The notes beneath the pieces were generated by a model. That model did no database searches. It saw only the letters and a program-made list of their open reading frames with translations, and was not told the DNA's origin. This document shows positions 35,644 through 48,500 of a stretch of DNA of 64,000 nt, piece after piece. Position numbers and translations under genes: made by a program. Source of the DNA: a virus; IMG/VR virus record IMGVR_UViG_3300020401_000014, positions 1 through 64,000 of that record. One strand, 5' to 3'. The first letter of the stretch is position 1; each line of letters begins with the position of its first letter.

Positions 35644-35844
35644 ATGAAAAATAACGTCGCAATATTAAAACTTTTAAGCAAAAGCTTGAATGGTTACGAA
35701 TCCACGTGTTGGCTGAAAGCAGAAAATGAGCTGCTTGACGGTAAAAGCCCTGCGGAATATATGATAGAAGGTAAAACTTCTGATGTAGAAAAAATACTTC
35801 CCGCAGAAATTAAAAGAATAAAATCTAAGAAGAAAACCAACTAG
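35644..35844 (+). CDS. Orphan Xre/MbcA/ParS antitoxin C-terminal (DUF2384-like) domain
   Basis: WLKAENELLDGKSPAEYMIEGKTSDV fits the WLxxxNxxLxGxxPxxxxxxGxxxxV pattern; has its own upstream motif. Confidence 0.6.
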   Translation: MKNNVAILKLLSKSLNGYESTCWLKAENELLDGKSPAEYMIEGKTSDVEKILPAEIKRIKSKKKTN

Positions 35845-36559
35845 GCTTAGGCATCAACTCTCTTGGCCATGTCACAGAAGCCAACGATGAAAGGTTTTCT
35901 ATTTTTGTGCCAGAACACCTTTTAATTGAATTAACTAATTTTTTCTTATCGTTAATTGGCATTGATTTATCTGACTTGATTTCTTGAACAGATAGCTCAA
36001 TATATACTTCAATAATTTTCTTCCATTGTTCTTGTGGCGATTCTCCTTTGCCGATGTAGTCTAGAAACATCTCTTCAATTGGAACTTTATAAAAAATTTC
36101 GCTACATAATAAATCGTCGATGATCTGATTAATTTTATTTTTAGCACAGGCATACTCTATTCCAGTAAAAAATTCTATTAAATTTTTTTTAGACTCAAAA
36201 CTTATTTTTTTTGCAGAACCTCTAGACAGAGGGTTTTTATCTTCCGGGAAAGAGTTTTTTATTTCTTGAACAAACTCAGGGGTGGGCTGCGCCTCTCCAT
36301 ATACTATTTGCCCAGATTTAACTCCATCAGGGGAATCAAATGAAGCCTCTAATATGCGCGTTTCATCTTTTATAATTATTTTTTTATTTCTATAAATTTC
36401 AAAACACTCAAAATGAAATGCGGGCTTATATATAATATTATGATCTCCAATAAATCGACCATGATTACAAAATAAACCCCTTGTAATAAAACCTCCTTCA
36501 GAGAAATATTTTAATTTAACTACATTATTACAAACTGCACCATACAATACATCATCCAT
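35825..36559 (-). CDS. Hypothetical protein
   Basis: 244-aa ORF directly downstream of the giant ORF. Confidence 0.65.
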   Translation of the reverse strand: MDDVLYGAVCNNVVKLKYFSEGGFITRGLFCNHGRFIGDHNIIYKPAFHFECFEIYRNKKIIIKDETRILEASFDSPDGVKSGQIVYGEAQPTPEFVQEIKNSFPEDKNPLSRGSAKKISFESKKNLIEFFTGIEYACAKNKINQIIDDLLCSEIFYKVPIEEMFLDYIGKGESPQEQWKKIIEVYIELSVQEIKSDKSMPINDKKKLVNSIKRCSGTKIENLSSLASVTWPRELMPKPSWFSS

Positions 36560-36577
36560 AATATTATTATTTATATT

Positions 36578-39500
36578 TTATTGTGCAATATCAATTTCTA
36601 TATTTGTGTTGTGCCAATCTTTAATATTGATCATTGACCCAAGTAATGCTAATGCAAGCCCTCCGTTTTTGACTTTTAATATACCCGGAAACTTATTGTC
36701 TATTTCTGACTTCCACTTTTCTATTACCCCATGTATTCTAGCAAGACATTGATGGTGTTTTTTACCGCCAATATATATAACATCATGCTCAATCCATTTA
36801 TCCATACTTCTGTTTACTGACCCATCATCATTTTTATAAATGTCTGGATAACACTCCACTCCCCATTCGAATAAATCATTATCGCTAAGCCCTGCGTTTT
36901 GCGCTGCAGATCTAGCCAAATCTTCAGAAGAGTACTCTCCAGCAACACTTTCTTGAAGCCAATTCCTTCCAGCAATCCACTTACATTTTCTAGCATCATA
37001 CCAAACATAATCTAGACCCTCTCGCTTTTTGGCTAAATTTATTATATGTTTTTCTGCTAGAAGTTTTGCTTGATCTTTGCTAATTTGATGGTGTTTATGA
37101 TGTAATCCTACCTGAAAAGTCGTTGCAAGTGAGGTGGTATTATGTGACTCAGAATCTGTATAAGATTTATTTATTTTATTAGAATATGTATCCTTAAAAA
37201 TATCAAAATAATCAGACATTGCGATTCCTGCAAATCCGCCTTCAAGAACGTATGCATATTTATCGCTAGATGTATCAGATGGATTAATAAAACCTTGATG
37301 CCTGTATGTGGTCCCAGAGTCAATATAATTCATAGACTGATTATTTACATTTGTCTCCATGGACCATATCTTTCTAAGTTCAAAGCGCAAGTGCCTACGG
37401 TTTCTAATAGCGTGCGCAAAGTCTTCAAAGTAATTAAATTTTTTGTCGCTAACCAAAGCAAGTTTTCCGTCTGCAGATTGACTGTAAACATCCTCGCTTT
37501 GTATGGATACCGAATTAGCATAAATATCACCAAGAAACTCCATGTAATCATTTTTTCCTAAAAATGGAAACCTGACATCATTATTGCCATGCATACTCAC
37601 AACGTCCCAACTCTGAAGGCAAACGTAAAGTCCTCCCAAAACCAAGTAAACTTTACCCTTTACAAATTCAAAGTTAGACCTAAATTCGCCACCTCGATAA
37701 TATAACTCTGGTCCATATAAAACCGCACTCACAACTAAATTACCTGCGGAATTTGTATACTTATATAAAATTTGTGAATGATCTTTTTCTTCTTTGGTTA
37801 GCAACAAACCAGTACTTTCGACATGCATTTTATTTCTATTCGGCAAATAAAAAGCGCCATTAGGCACTTGAATTATGTCGTCTTGTTTTGTAAAACTTAA
37901 GTCCCCGCTAGCATCGATCGAATACAAACTAATAGCAGAATCATTTTTCCATGTAGATATATTCGATTCAGTCATTGTGTTCTCGCAATATACATTCGAT
38001 ATACCAGTAGGAGATCGATCAATATAATAATTTTCTTTTAACTGGTTGTAATAATCTGTAGAAAATTTAGGCGAACAATAAAAATCTTGATTTATCTCTC
38101 TTCCCCAAATATCTGTAGAAGCATCAGATCCTTTTGTAAAATTAGAAAATCCAAAATTATGCATTTCTGAAACAGCCTCCATATAGTCGGTAACTTGACC
38201 AAACGGATTTGGAAAAGCAGGTTTAGGAAATTTATATTTTACGTTTTTGACGGCTTGCAATGTTGGCGAAGTTTGCACCATGTCTCTTACATGGTAAAAA
38301 ATCTCAATAGGTATATTGTTTGCTATTTCTTCTGGGTCAGTTAAGACATTACCGCTTTCGTCTAAAATGCTTTCAACTCCATTAGCGTCAATTTGATTTT
38401 TCATTGCTTGAATCTGTGCGGATGTTCTTACTGCAAATCTAGGATTCACGCTGATTTTGGTTCCGTTAGCAAAAGTATATTCATAGTTTTGAATATAATT
38501 TGGAATGTTAGTGGGCACTCGGAAGTTAAAAATCCAAAACACTGGAGAATCATCTGGCTGGGTATTATCGCCTGCTGGAATTTCAGATTTGCTTTTCCTT
38601 TCATAACCAGAATCTCCCGTAGCATTTGTATGATATTCATCATAGTAACCAAGTACGTGATAAAATCTACCGAGAGAGTGCATATAATGAAATTTTTGTT
38701 GAGAAAAACCTGAATATCCTTGGAAATTAGACCAATAATTATCGAAGTATGAATTGTAAGCTGCTGACTGCGCCTGACTTTTTACTGCATACCAAAATGG
38801 ATAGTCTATACCTTTTATGTTTTTCGCTTGAGCAGATAAAGGTTCTGCCCGAGTATTTTCAGCCTCAACAATTGGATGCGTTTCATGCGGCATCAAGTCT
38901 GCAGGGGTCTCGTTATTTTGATTTGCTTTATTCCATTCAGCTCTATCAAAAAGATCAAAGTCCTTGATTTTATGAAAGTTAGTTAAATCGCTTTTTCTAG
39001 CAAAAGAAAAATCTATTTGCGAATGACCAATTGTTTGTTGCGGAATATACTCTTGCCGTAAATACGGATCTCCATCGACAATACTGTTTGAATTTAATTT
39101 TGCAGAAGTTACCTGGTGTGCGGTTCCAATTTGAGAACGAAATCTATGCAGTTCTTCGGGCTCAATTGCATTCCACCCGTTTTCATCAATGCCTGCATCT
39201 CTGGAATTGGACACAACAGGCTCTAAAGAATTAGAATTTACTGTAGAAACAAAACAAAAACCCTTATGAAAAACTCTTTCGCCGATATTATACTCAGACT
39301 TACTAACTATCTTATCAGATTCAAACCCATACCCCCATCTAGGAATGCTTTCCCCGAAAGGCAGTGAAGCCGGGTCCAGCATATAAGATCCAAGCAGAAA
39401 TTTATCGTGAGAATTTAAATCAAAAATTGTTAATTCTTTAAAAGCATCCGTTAGGCCTGAAAAGTCATCTTCGTTAATTTGCGAAGAAAACCATTCATCC

Positions 39501-42500
39501 CAAATACTATCTTCAAAGTTCGAAGGGTTGAGTATTTGCGAATCATTTAAAAAGCCTGCCAGCATGTTACTGTTAACATTACCCCCATAAATGTTGTCGA
39601 AATTTTTCATATCATAAGTGGTTAATGATGTAAAAACAGACCAATTCTCTTGCTTTGCAGCGTATTGAATAAAATTATTACTTTCTGACCACGGATTGTA
39701 ATATTGAGTATTATCTCTATTTTGCCAAGGCGCCGCAGATTCTGAAATGTGTGGTTTTGCCTCGAAATGAGTTTTATCGCTTAAAGGAAAAGTATTGGAA
39801 TTTTCAACTCCGTAATAATTTTCCATAAACGTAAACTCAGAAAAGGCTTGGTGATCTTGAATAGAGGTATCAATATTTTTTGAGTATTTTAGTTTTTTAG
39901 ATACATCTTTAACCAAATCCCACCAGCTTAATAATCCCTTTACAGGAGTCCTCAATGCTGCGGGAATTAGCGCTGGGTATTCCGTCGAATGCTCAAAATT
40001 TAACCAAGAGTAAACATTATCCCTTAAAGACTCTAAACCGGTTTTGTGGCCATATGGATTAGAAGAAAAATCTATAAGCCCAATATCTAACCTATCAATA
40101 CCTGCATAATTTGCTGGAGTATAATGTCCTATCACAAACCTTTGCGTAAGTGGGGTTGCATATTTGGCGCCTAATCCTTGCATAAAAGATGGAGCAAATG
40201 GATCTAAAACTGGCCAAGAGTAATATAATTCTCCGTTAAATAGAGTGTTCTTACGACCGAAACTAGAACTATTGGACAGCTCCCTGTCTAAAATTCTTCC
40301 GGTTGGTGCGTGAGAACTAACATGAGGCTTCCAGTTATTCGCGAGCAATTGAAAATCAGCGAAATTTAAAGATCCATATACGGTATTTTGTGAAACAAAA
40401 TTCAAATTAGAATAATCCCCTATATCCATATTAGTCGCGGCCTCAATCTCGGTTTGCCTTAAAGTTCCAGTTAACTGCTCCCATCTATTTGTATCATCTG
40501 CTGGACTTTGACTGTTGAACGCTTCTCCTGCAATTTCTACTTTTGCCCGATAAACTTGCCCTTCATCGAAAACGTATTCTCCTTCATTGTAATCATAGCC
40601 CCCAGACCAAGTTTGCCCCACAAATGCCTGCGAAGAGTTCTCGAAAGCAAAAAGATATCTTCCTCGGGCTCTATTAAAACCTAAAAAGTCAACGCAATTT
40701 AAGCTTCTTCCGCCGGAAATTGTTTGATTAAATTCAACGCCAACAGGGTCTGGATGAACCCAATCTCTGACAAAACCCTGCTGTAAATCAAGATAAAGAC
40801 TAGAAACATGAAATGGATTTTGAAGCCGAACTGCATTGGTCAAATCGTAATTAAAAGCTTTCACGCCAGCATGCTTTCTTATTATATTTTGACTTTCTGG
40901 AGATCTTACGCCCAACTCAGATCCCCTTTCGTTTGCGATTAATGCAGAATTATCTTTTAATCCAGACATTACGCCTCCAGTACCTGAAGTATATCCGAAA
41001 TTATAACCCCTAATATTTAATTTATTATTTGAATCAACATATATCATCGATGAAAAACTAAACAAATTTAATTTTTCTACAATAGTTTGTATTATATTTT
41101 TATTTTGTAAATCTGACACTTCCTCCCAATACAGCTCACTTCCTGCTTGCCCTGGAATGAAAACCATATTATCTTCAGTAAACGAAGACTGCCAATTTCG
41201 GCACCTTCTGTTTTTCATAAACAGGCTATTTACTTCGTTAGAAAAATTATCTGCTCCATTATTCTGTATACATTTGTATATTTTATTTTCATATGTTACA
41301 AGGGACGGAACTGTAGACTCGAATGCACTAGGTAAAGCATTAAATTTTATAGCACTATCTCTTCCAGAAGATAACTCCGGTCTTTCGGTTTGTATATATG
41401 TTTCAGTTTCTGCGTCATAAATTTGACCGCTTTTAATATGGGCTTGATAATTTTTTGCAGAGTCATATGGCTCAATAAAACTGTTTATTTCAGGAGTATT
41501 ATAAGTATGGCTAGTATATTGACCAACCCTGGAATTTAATGAAATTCTTGACTCGCTCATTTCTTTATATTTTTCTCCTTTTAAATAAAATTTATTTTTA
41601 AACTTTTGAGATAAAAATCTTTCCATAAACCAATCTTCTTTATCCCAAAAATCTACAGATTCAACAAATACAGTTTTGGCTTTAATTTCCGTGCCATCGT
41701 TATCTAAAATTAATGCTGGAGCACCAAGTTCTTGATAGTTTTCGAAGTAAGGATTAAGCCCGACCCCACCTGCCCTGTAAGATTTACCTCCAGATATAAA
41801 TGAAACGCAATCGCCCACTTTACTCATAAACGTAACACCATCAGCTATAAAACTCGGACCCTCAAGAAACTCAGACCGAAAACCAAACACTGTACCAAGC
41901 GGATTATCAGAGAGATACTCTCCTTTTTTGCTGCAAGAAATTTCATTATTTCCAATACCATATAAATTATTAGAAGAATCTAAAAATATACTGCCTTTTC
42001 CAGAAGCGTCAATTGCGGAAATTCTTACATTCTGTACAGCAGAAACGCTTTCAAAATTAAATATTTGGTGCGGATTTAAATAACAACGATCTGTTATGAA
42101 AAAACTATCTCCATAAGAATATCTGTGTTGAGACTTCATTCCTTTTGTATGATGAATTAAATCTTTTTTGCCTGCGAATATTATTACGTTATAAAATGAA
42201 TTATCGAATGGAGGGCTAGATGAATATCCAGGAGCCCATTCTCTTTCAAACATTTCACCGATAGTTCTAGCGCACACAACTTCACTAGACATTGCGTACC
42301 TATTAGAATTTTCAAAAGTAGCTTCCATTTCTGTCCAAAATCCAAGATCAAGCCACTTGCTACCAATAACTTTATCAGTTACTTTTACATTTGTGTTTCC
42401 TTGTGGAAGATATAGAATAGAAAAGAACGTTTCGTTTCTAACAAATACTTTATCTCCCACTGAATAGGTTGAGCTTTGTTTCCATGCGTTTACGGGCCAG

Positions 42501-45500
42501 ACTGGTTTAGGTATTTGTTTCCAGTGGCTTTTTTGATCAAAAGGCGATTGTGCATTATTTTGTATACATTCTAAATATAAAATATCATTGTTTACAGACC
42601 TTCCGTATAAATCATCTTGGATTAATCCGTTAAAATTATCATTGCGGGTAAACTTTTTATCAATTTGCTTGAAAGAGTTATCTCCAACGCCAAAAACTTT
42701 TCCAGATTCAGTTAATATTAAAGCATGAGAATCACCTAACTCTACAGATTTAGCCTTATCTCCGCCATATTCACTTGGATCATAAACCACTAATGATCCA
42801 TCTAGATTTGAGTCTGAAGAAGTATTTTGTTTGGTGATAGAATATCTTTTTGTTATGCCTTTTGGTGCAGGAACTTTTATTTTCTTTTCGTCAACCTGAG
42901 ACAAGCTGCCTATAAAGCCCACTTCTTCAGTGTTATTATCTTTTAATGATACGAAGTATAATGTTCTGTATAATTTTTCAGATTCGGCAAGTTCTATCTT
43001 CACAACGTCACCATTATTATATACGTACGAATCAAGCTGATTGTATGTTTGATCTATTTGAATTTCTCCAACAAGTACTTCGCCAAAAGAATCAAAAGAA
43101 ACAAGCCCATCATTATTATATGGGATAGATCCTGGGCTATGCTGAATTAGATTAAATCCATAATTTAATAAAAAAACATCAAAACTTGATCCGTTATCCC
43201 TGCGCGTCTTTTGATCGCTTTTAACTTCAAACCAGCAATTATATTTTGTAGTAAAATACCACTCACTGTCGGAATATTGTTTTAAATTACTAGGAGGTTC
43301 ATGTGTTCCGTTGCTTTTTGTAGTCCAACCAAATATATCATCATAAAACCAGTCTGCATTATGGCGCATAGAATCTATGCCCCTATAATATGAAGCGCTA
43401 GACTTAATTCTTTGAGATCCTCCAGCCTGAAGATATTGAGACTTTTCAACTCTTTGATTCCAAAACATTTGAGAATTCCAATCATAAAGACCTAATAATG
43501 CTAGTGGTACGCCAGGATACTGCGCTGAAAGTTGAGACTCTAATCCAGGCTGATTGTCAAAATAAAAATTCCAGTCTGTTAATTCTCCAAGAAAATAATT
43601 TACCCAACTCTTTTTCGGGAACCCTGCACTTAAAAACCTTTCGGTAAAATCAGACTGAATATATGTTTCAGAAATTTCGTAGTCGAATGGACTTGCGTCT
43701 AAACCAGTTATTGAACTATAATACTGCGAAACACCACCGCTTTCGAGAGAGAAACTTTGTGGGGTGATGTTTTTTTCGGCAGCTTGAACTTGAGTTAAAG
43801 GAGCATTTGTAACAGGGTCTTGAGTAACAACATGAAGCGTTGTACAACTGCTTAAGAACATAGGCTCGTCAAAAACTTCTACAAACGGAGTAACAGAAGC
43901 GGTAATTTCGTATTCTTCATTTAGCAAATTTAAATCTATTTCGCTGACTGTATCTAAATGTTCAGCAACAGGAACAACAAAAAAGCCTTGAGGTGGAATT
44001 GAGTTGCTTGCAGAGTAATTAAGAGTATCATTAAATAGCAAGGTAATTTCCATTTCAAGCTCTCCGTTTTCATCGAAATCTGCATAAGAGCCAAAATTAT
44101 GAGATGATCCAGATCCAAAATGCGAATTAACATGAAATGCGTCATGCCGCTCAAATTGAGCATCGCTCGTTAATTCTGCTCCTGGAGCACTTGGAAAACC
44201 GTCTATCAAACTAGCGTTATATAATGTTATGGCGGCTCCATAACCCTGTACGCCAAAACCTATAATTCTATTTTCATCCCGGTTAAGTATATGGTCAGAT
44301 GCAATGCCCCATTGATCAGCACTAAAATTTTCAGGACGAGAGCCCGTAAGACCAGATGAATTAATTATAAGGTCACGATTCGGGCCAGAAAAAGTAAATG
44401 TGCCATTATCATCATATGCTTCATAAATATAATTATCCCATCTAAAAAACCTTTGAAGAAACGCATATTGCCTAGCGTCGGCATCAAATTTATTATCATG
44501 CATGAAATCCCGCCCAGATGACGGTGCAAAATTTGGATTAAAGTAATAAAATCTTGTGCCGCCCAATGTAACAAATTCACCATTTTGGACATAAACATCA
44601 GGCACAGTTTTCCGCTGGCTATCGTCTTGAAAGTGGAAATCTGCAGTGCCCGTAGGAAGCATTGCTCCACTTGCTGATACTGTATTATATCCATCACCTA
44701 CGAAATTGTCGACCAAGCCGATTTCGAGAGGGTTACCGTTGTATATTATTGGTAGCGATCCAGCGCCAGGAAATCCTGCAAAACCAGGCGTCTCAATACC
44801 CCCAAAGCCCGGGGTGTCGTCGGAAAGATAGGCCCCAATCGAACTGAAACCGTACATAAATGCAGATCGAGAGAAATCCAGAAAAAGTGGGTCGCCTGGG
44901 TATTTGTGCGTTAGCGGCCATGTACTAAACAGAGCGTCAACATCTGTCATATACAGAGGTTTATAACCAGCATCTTGAAATATATAAAAACCAAAAGCTA
45001 CTCCTGTACTATTAAAATTTCCAGGTTTCTTGGTAAATTTTACTTTGAATGTTATAGATTCTGCTTCAACATTTAAATTGTACCTCCATACATCCAGAGA
45101 ATCTCTAGATCCAGTAGGAACAGTATCAAATGGACTAAGCATTGAAAACGCTTCTCTTACCGCGCCCCCTCTATAATGACCTAGCGCTCCTGATGCAATA
45201 TTGTTTCCAGAAAATTCTGTAACAAAATCAACATCTTCAGGAATATAGTTCCAACCTCCATTTCCGTAAATTATACCACCTTCTGTTCTGTAGCCAGGCC
45301 AAGCAGGAAGATTAGAATTAGAATCGTTTTTAATATTAAATTTATCGCCCCAATGCGCAGGAATCCAAGTTCTAGTGTTCCCAGCTTGATCGCCTGTTGG
45401 TATGGTGATATCAACAACAGTATTTACATCTATCTGTTTTGATCCATCGTTATCTAGTGCGCCGACTATTTCAAAAGAGTCGTCCACGATCAGATGCTCT

Positions 45501-48500
45501 CCGGGCATGGACACGGCGTCACCGGAAAAATTCGAATGAACAGTTCCTTTATGGTAATATTCGTCATCATCCTCTGCCACGTTAAAGTTTTGCAGTGCAA
45601 GTGCGTCGCGTAGTGATTCAGAAGACACCAAATTTATTGCTTCTGTAGGAAAAGTATAATTCCTTATAATTTCAACAGGTCTTGCACCCTGCCAATCTCT
45701 TCGATTAAAATAATGCGATACTCCGTCAGGACTAAATAAATTTGTGTGACCATCCGTACCAAAAGTAAAACTGGGATTTGTGACCGTGGCGTCCAATGGA
45801 ATTGGAAAAATTGTTAGGTGTGCATGTTGAGTTGTGTTCCAATTGTATGCGCTATAGAATCTTCTTGCTGGCCAAGAAACGCGCGTAGAATCATAAAAAG
45901 TATGTTGTGTATTTGAGACAACCACAGGATCTTGCGCCTCACCACCTTCTTCAACATCTTGATTTAGCCAGGCTCCAGTTCCTACTACCCAAGAATCTAC
46001 ATCTGCAGGTGTTTTATTATTTGCTTTGCTGGTTTTTGTATAACCCGTTCCGTCGGCAGCGTTAGCATCTTCATAGTGATATTGCATTGCAATAAGTAAT
46101 TCGATTTTTGGGTCTGCGCCACTTGAAAAAGTTTCTTGCACGTAAAAATCAGAATACTGCATTCTCCAGAGCTTGAATGCTGCATCAAAAAATATTAAAA
46201 TTTTTCCGTAAGCTGTATCTTTTTCGCTAACCCAAATTCCATAACCTTCTGAACGAGCGTCGGAATTAAATGGATGATTATACCATTGATTTAAATCATT
46301 AAACGCAGTAGCCATTCTGTATGTTCCGTTTACTTCTTGTCGCTCACAGTTTTCAATATTAACTGCACCAAAAAAATCTGGAGAAATTTGTATAAGGTGT
46401 TTCGCAGGAGTGCTAGACGCATAAGAAATCCCAGTATTACCAAAGGTTTTTAAAAACTCAAAATCTCTCTTAACAGAAGCGGGCGTTGGATCTTCTCCGT
46501 GAATTGATGGGTCGTATTCTCCTCCGTGATTTATTCCCTCATCTATAATGTGTTGCACCAATTCGTAAACCGTTAAATAACCCCTGGCAGTATAATAAGC
46601 TTCGCCAGCAGTATCTGACGCTCTATTTAAAATAAGGCGGTACACAGCATCGACCGTCGCATCTGAATTTACACCACTAAACCATGGAACATGAAAAACG
46701 CTGGTTGGACTATAAATCCCAAATTGATTAACTTCTATTCCGTTATGAGTTGTAACATCTGACTCTAAAGGTGCGCTGGTTATAAAAGATCCGTCTAGAG
46801 GATTAAAAAAATTGTAGATGCTATTATCTTTTCCTGCAATTTTACTTTCTCCACTTAAAATATCTGACTTATTTTGCAAATTAGATGAATCCACGGTGCC
46901 TTTTTCTGAATAAACCAAACCCCATGCGTCATTTGAATAAACGTATGGATCTGGACTCAATCGCAAATTACCAAAAGAGTCAAAATTTTGAATATCAATT
47001 TCAGAATTTAAGTTTAAATTTCCTTCGCTTGATAAATCAGAATCATCAAAACCTTGAATTTCAAATGCTGGACAAGCACAGACCGAACCTAATGCCTTAA
47101 CTTGCCCGCTAGAGTTGATATAAAAAGTAGAATATTTGTTGGTTGATGCCCAGGTTACATCTTCATCAGTTAATTTAGTTGCCCTAGGAACATAGGTTCT
47201 AGCAGGAATTACACTTTTAATATTACCAGATAAACCATCTTGCCACCTTTCTCCCCCTGCCAAATTTGATATTTCTAAAGATTTTGAAAATCTAGGATAA
47301 TTACCAAAAGTAATATTCGATTCGCTTACTAATTTGTAAAGTCCAAGAACATTATCTTTAGAGTCGTCAGACCCTTCTGGATATTCTCCTGAAACAAAAT
47401 CAAAAACAACATGATCAGGACAGCCAATAATTGGATCCCAAAAAGGTTTGCCCTGAACGTACAAAGTTTCTTTGGGCATGATTTGATTATTCGGATCTTC
47501 GTTGCTGTAAATTAAATTAGTATTGTAAAAACTTCTAAAATTTGTTGTTGTTCCAAAAGAGTCAAGAGACGAAGCCCCAATTAAGTCTCCTATTTTAAAT
47601 CTTGAAAGTGAAGTCGCTGGAGTTTGACTTGCGGGATTTATAATAGAAGATGAAAAATTAGGATGATTTTGATTTAATGCGTCCTCGCTAACCAATATTC
47701 CGTTCCACCCTATTGATGGCTCGGAACCTCCAAATGATAAATCAACAGTAGACACCTTATCTGATAAAAATTTAAATTGCGCAGCGTTGCTTTTTATTGT
47801 TTCTATATACTCAGATTTATCAGAAGTTTTATTATTTAATCTTTTAAAATTTTCAAAAATTGATACTTCTTGATAAGCATCAATATCGCCGATAACCATT
47901 TGATTTGAATCTGTAGGTGCATATTTTTGATCAATATTGAATGCGTGCAAACCTCCAGTTTGCCAAAACTCTGAAGGTTTGTAAGGTGGGGCATAAGCGC
48001 TGACAGTAGACATTACTCCTGATTGAGCTATCCATGATTTTGAAGAATTATATTGATCAGTAAAACTCCAATTTAAATTACTTATATATCCATTATAAGG
48101 ATTACTTATTTGACTGCTATTAATTACAGAGTGGCAGATTAATTCATATTCTGCAGGCAAAGACTTATAAAACCCAAAATTTTTAAAATATTTCCAAGCC
48201 ATTAATACCTTAGATTGATCATCTGCAAAAACACCCCTTTCATCTCCCAAATTATAATCACTACCTGTGGCCTGTAGTTTTAAATAATATTCTGCGTCAA
48301 AATGCAAAAAAGCTTCCATCATATCTTGAGTGGCCTCGCTAGATTTTTCTTGCAAACTTAAAGATGATGCTCTCTGGCCAATGCCAAAGTTGTCGTTAGC
48401 ATCTGCGCACAAACCCAAGGAATATCCTTGGTTATGACCAAATCCATACAATTTATTGTTAAATATAAATACTGTGTTTCCGCCTTCTGAATCAACCATT

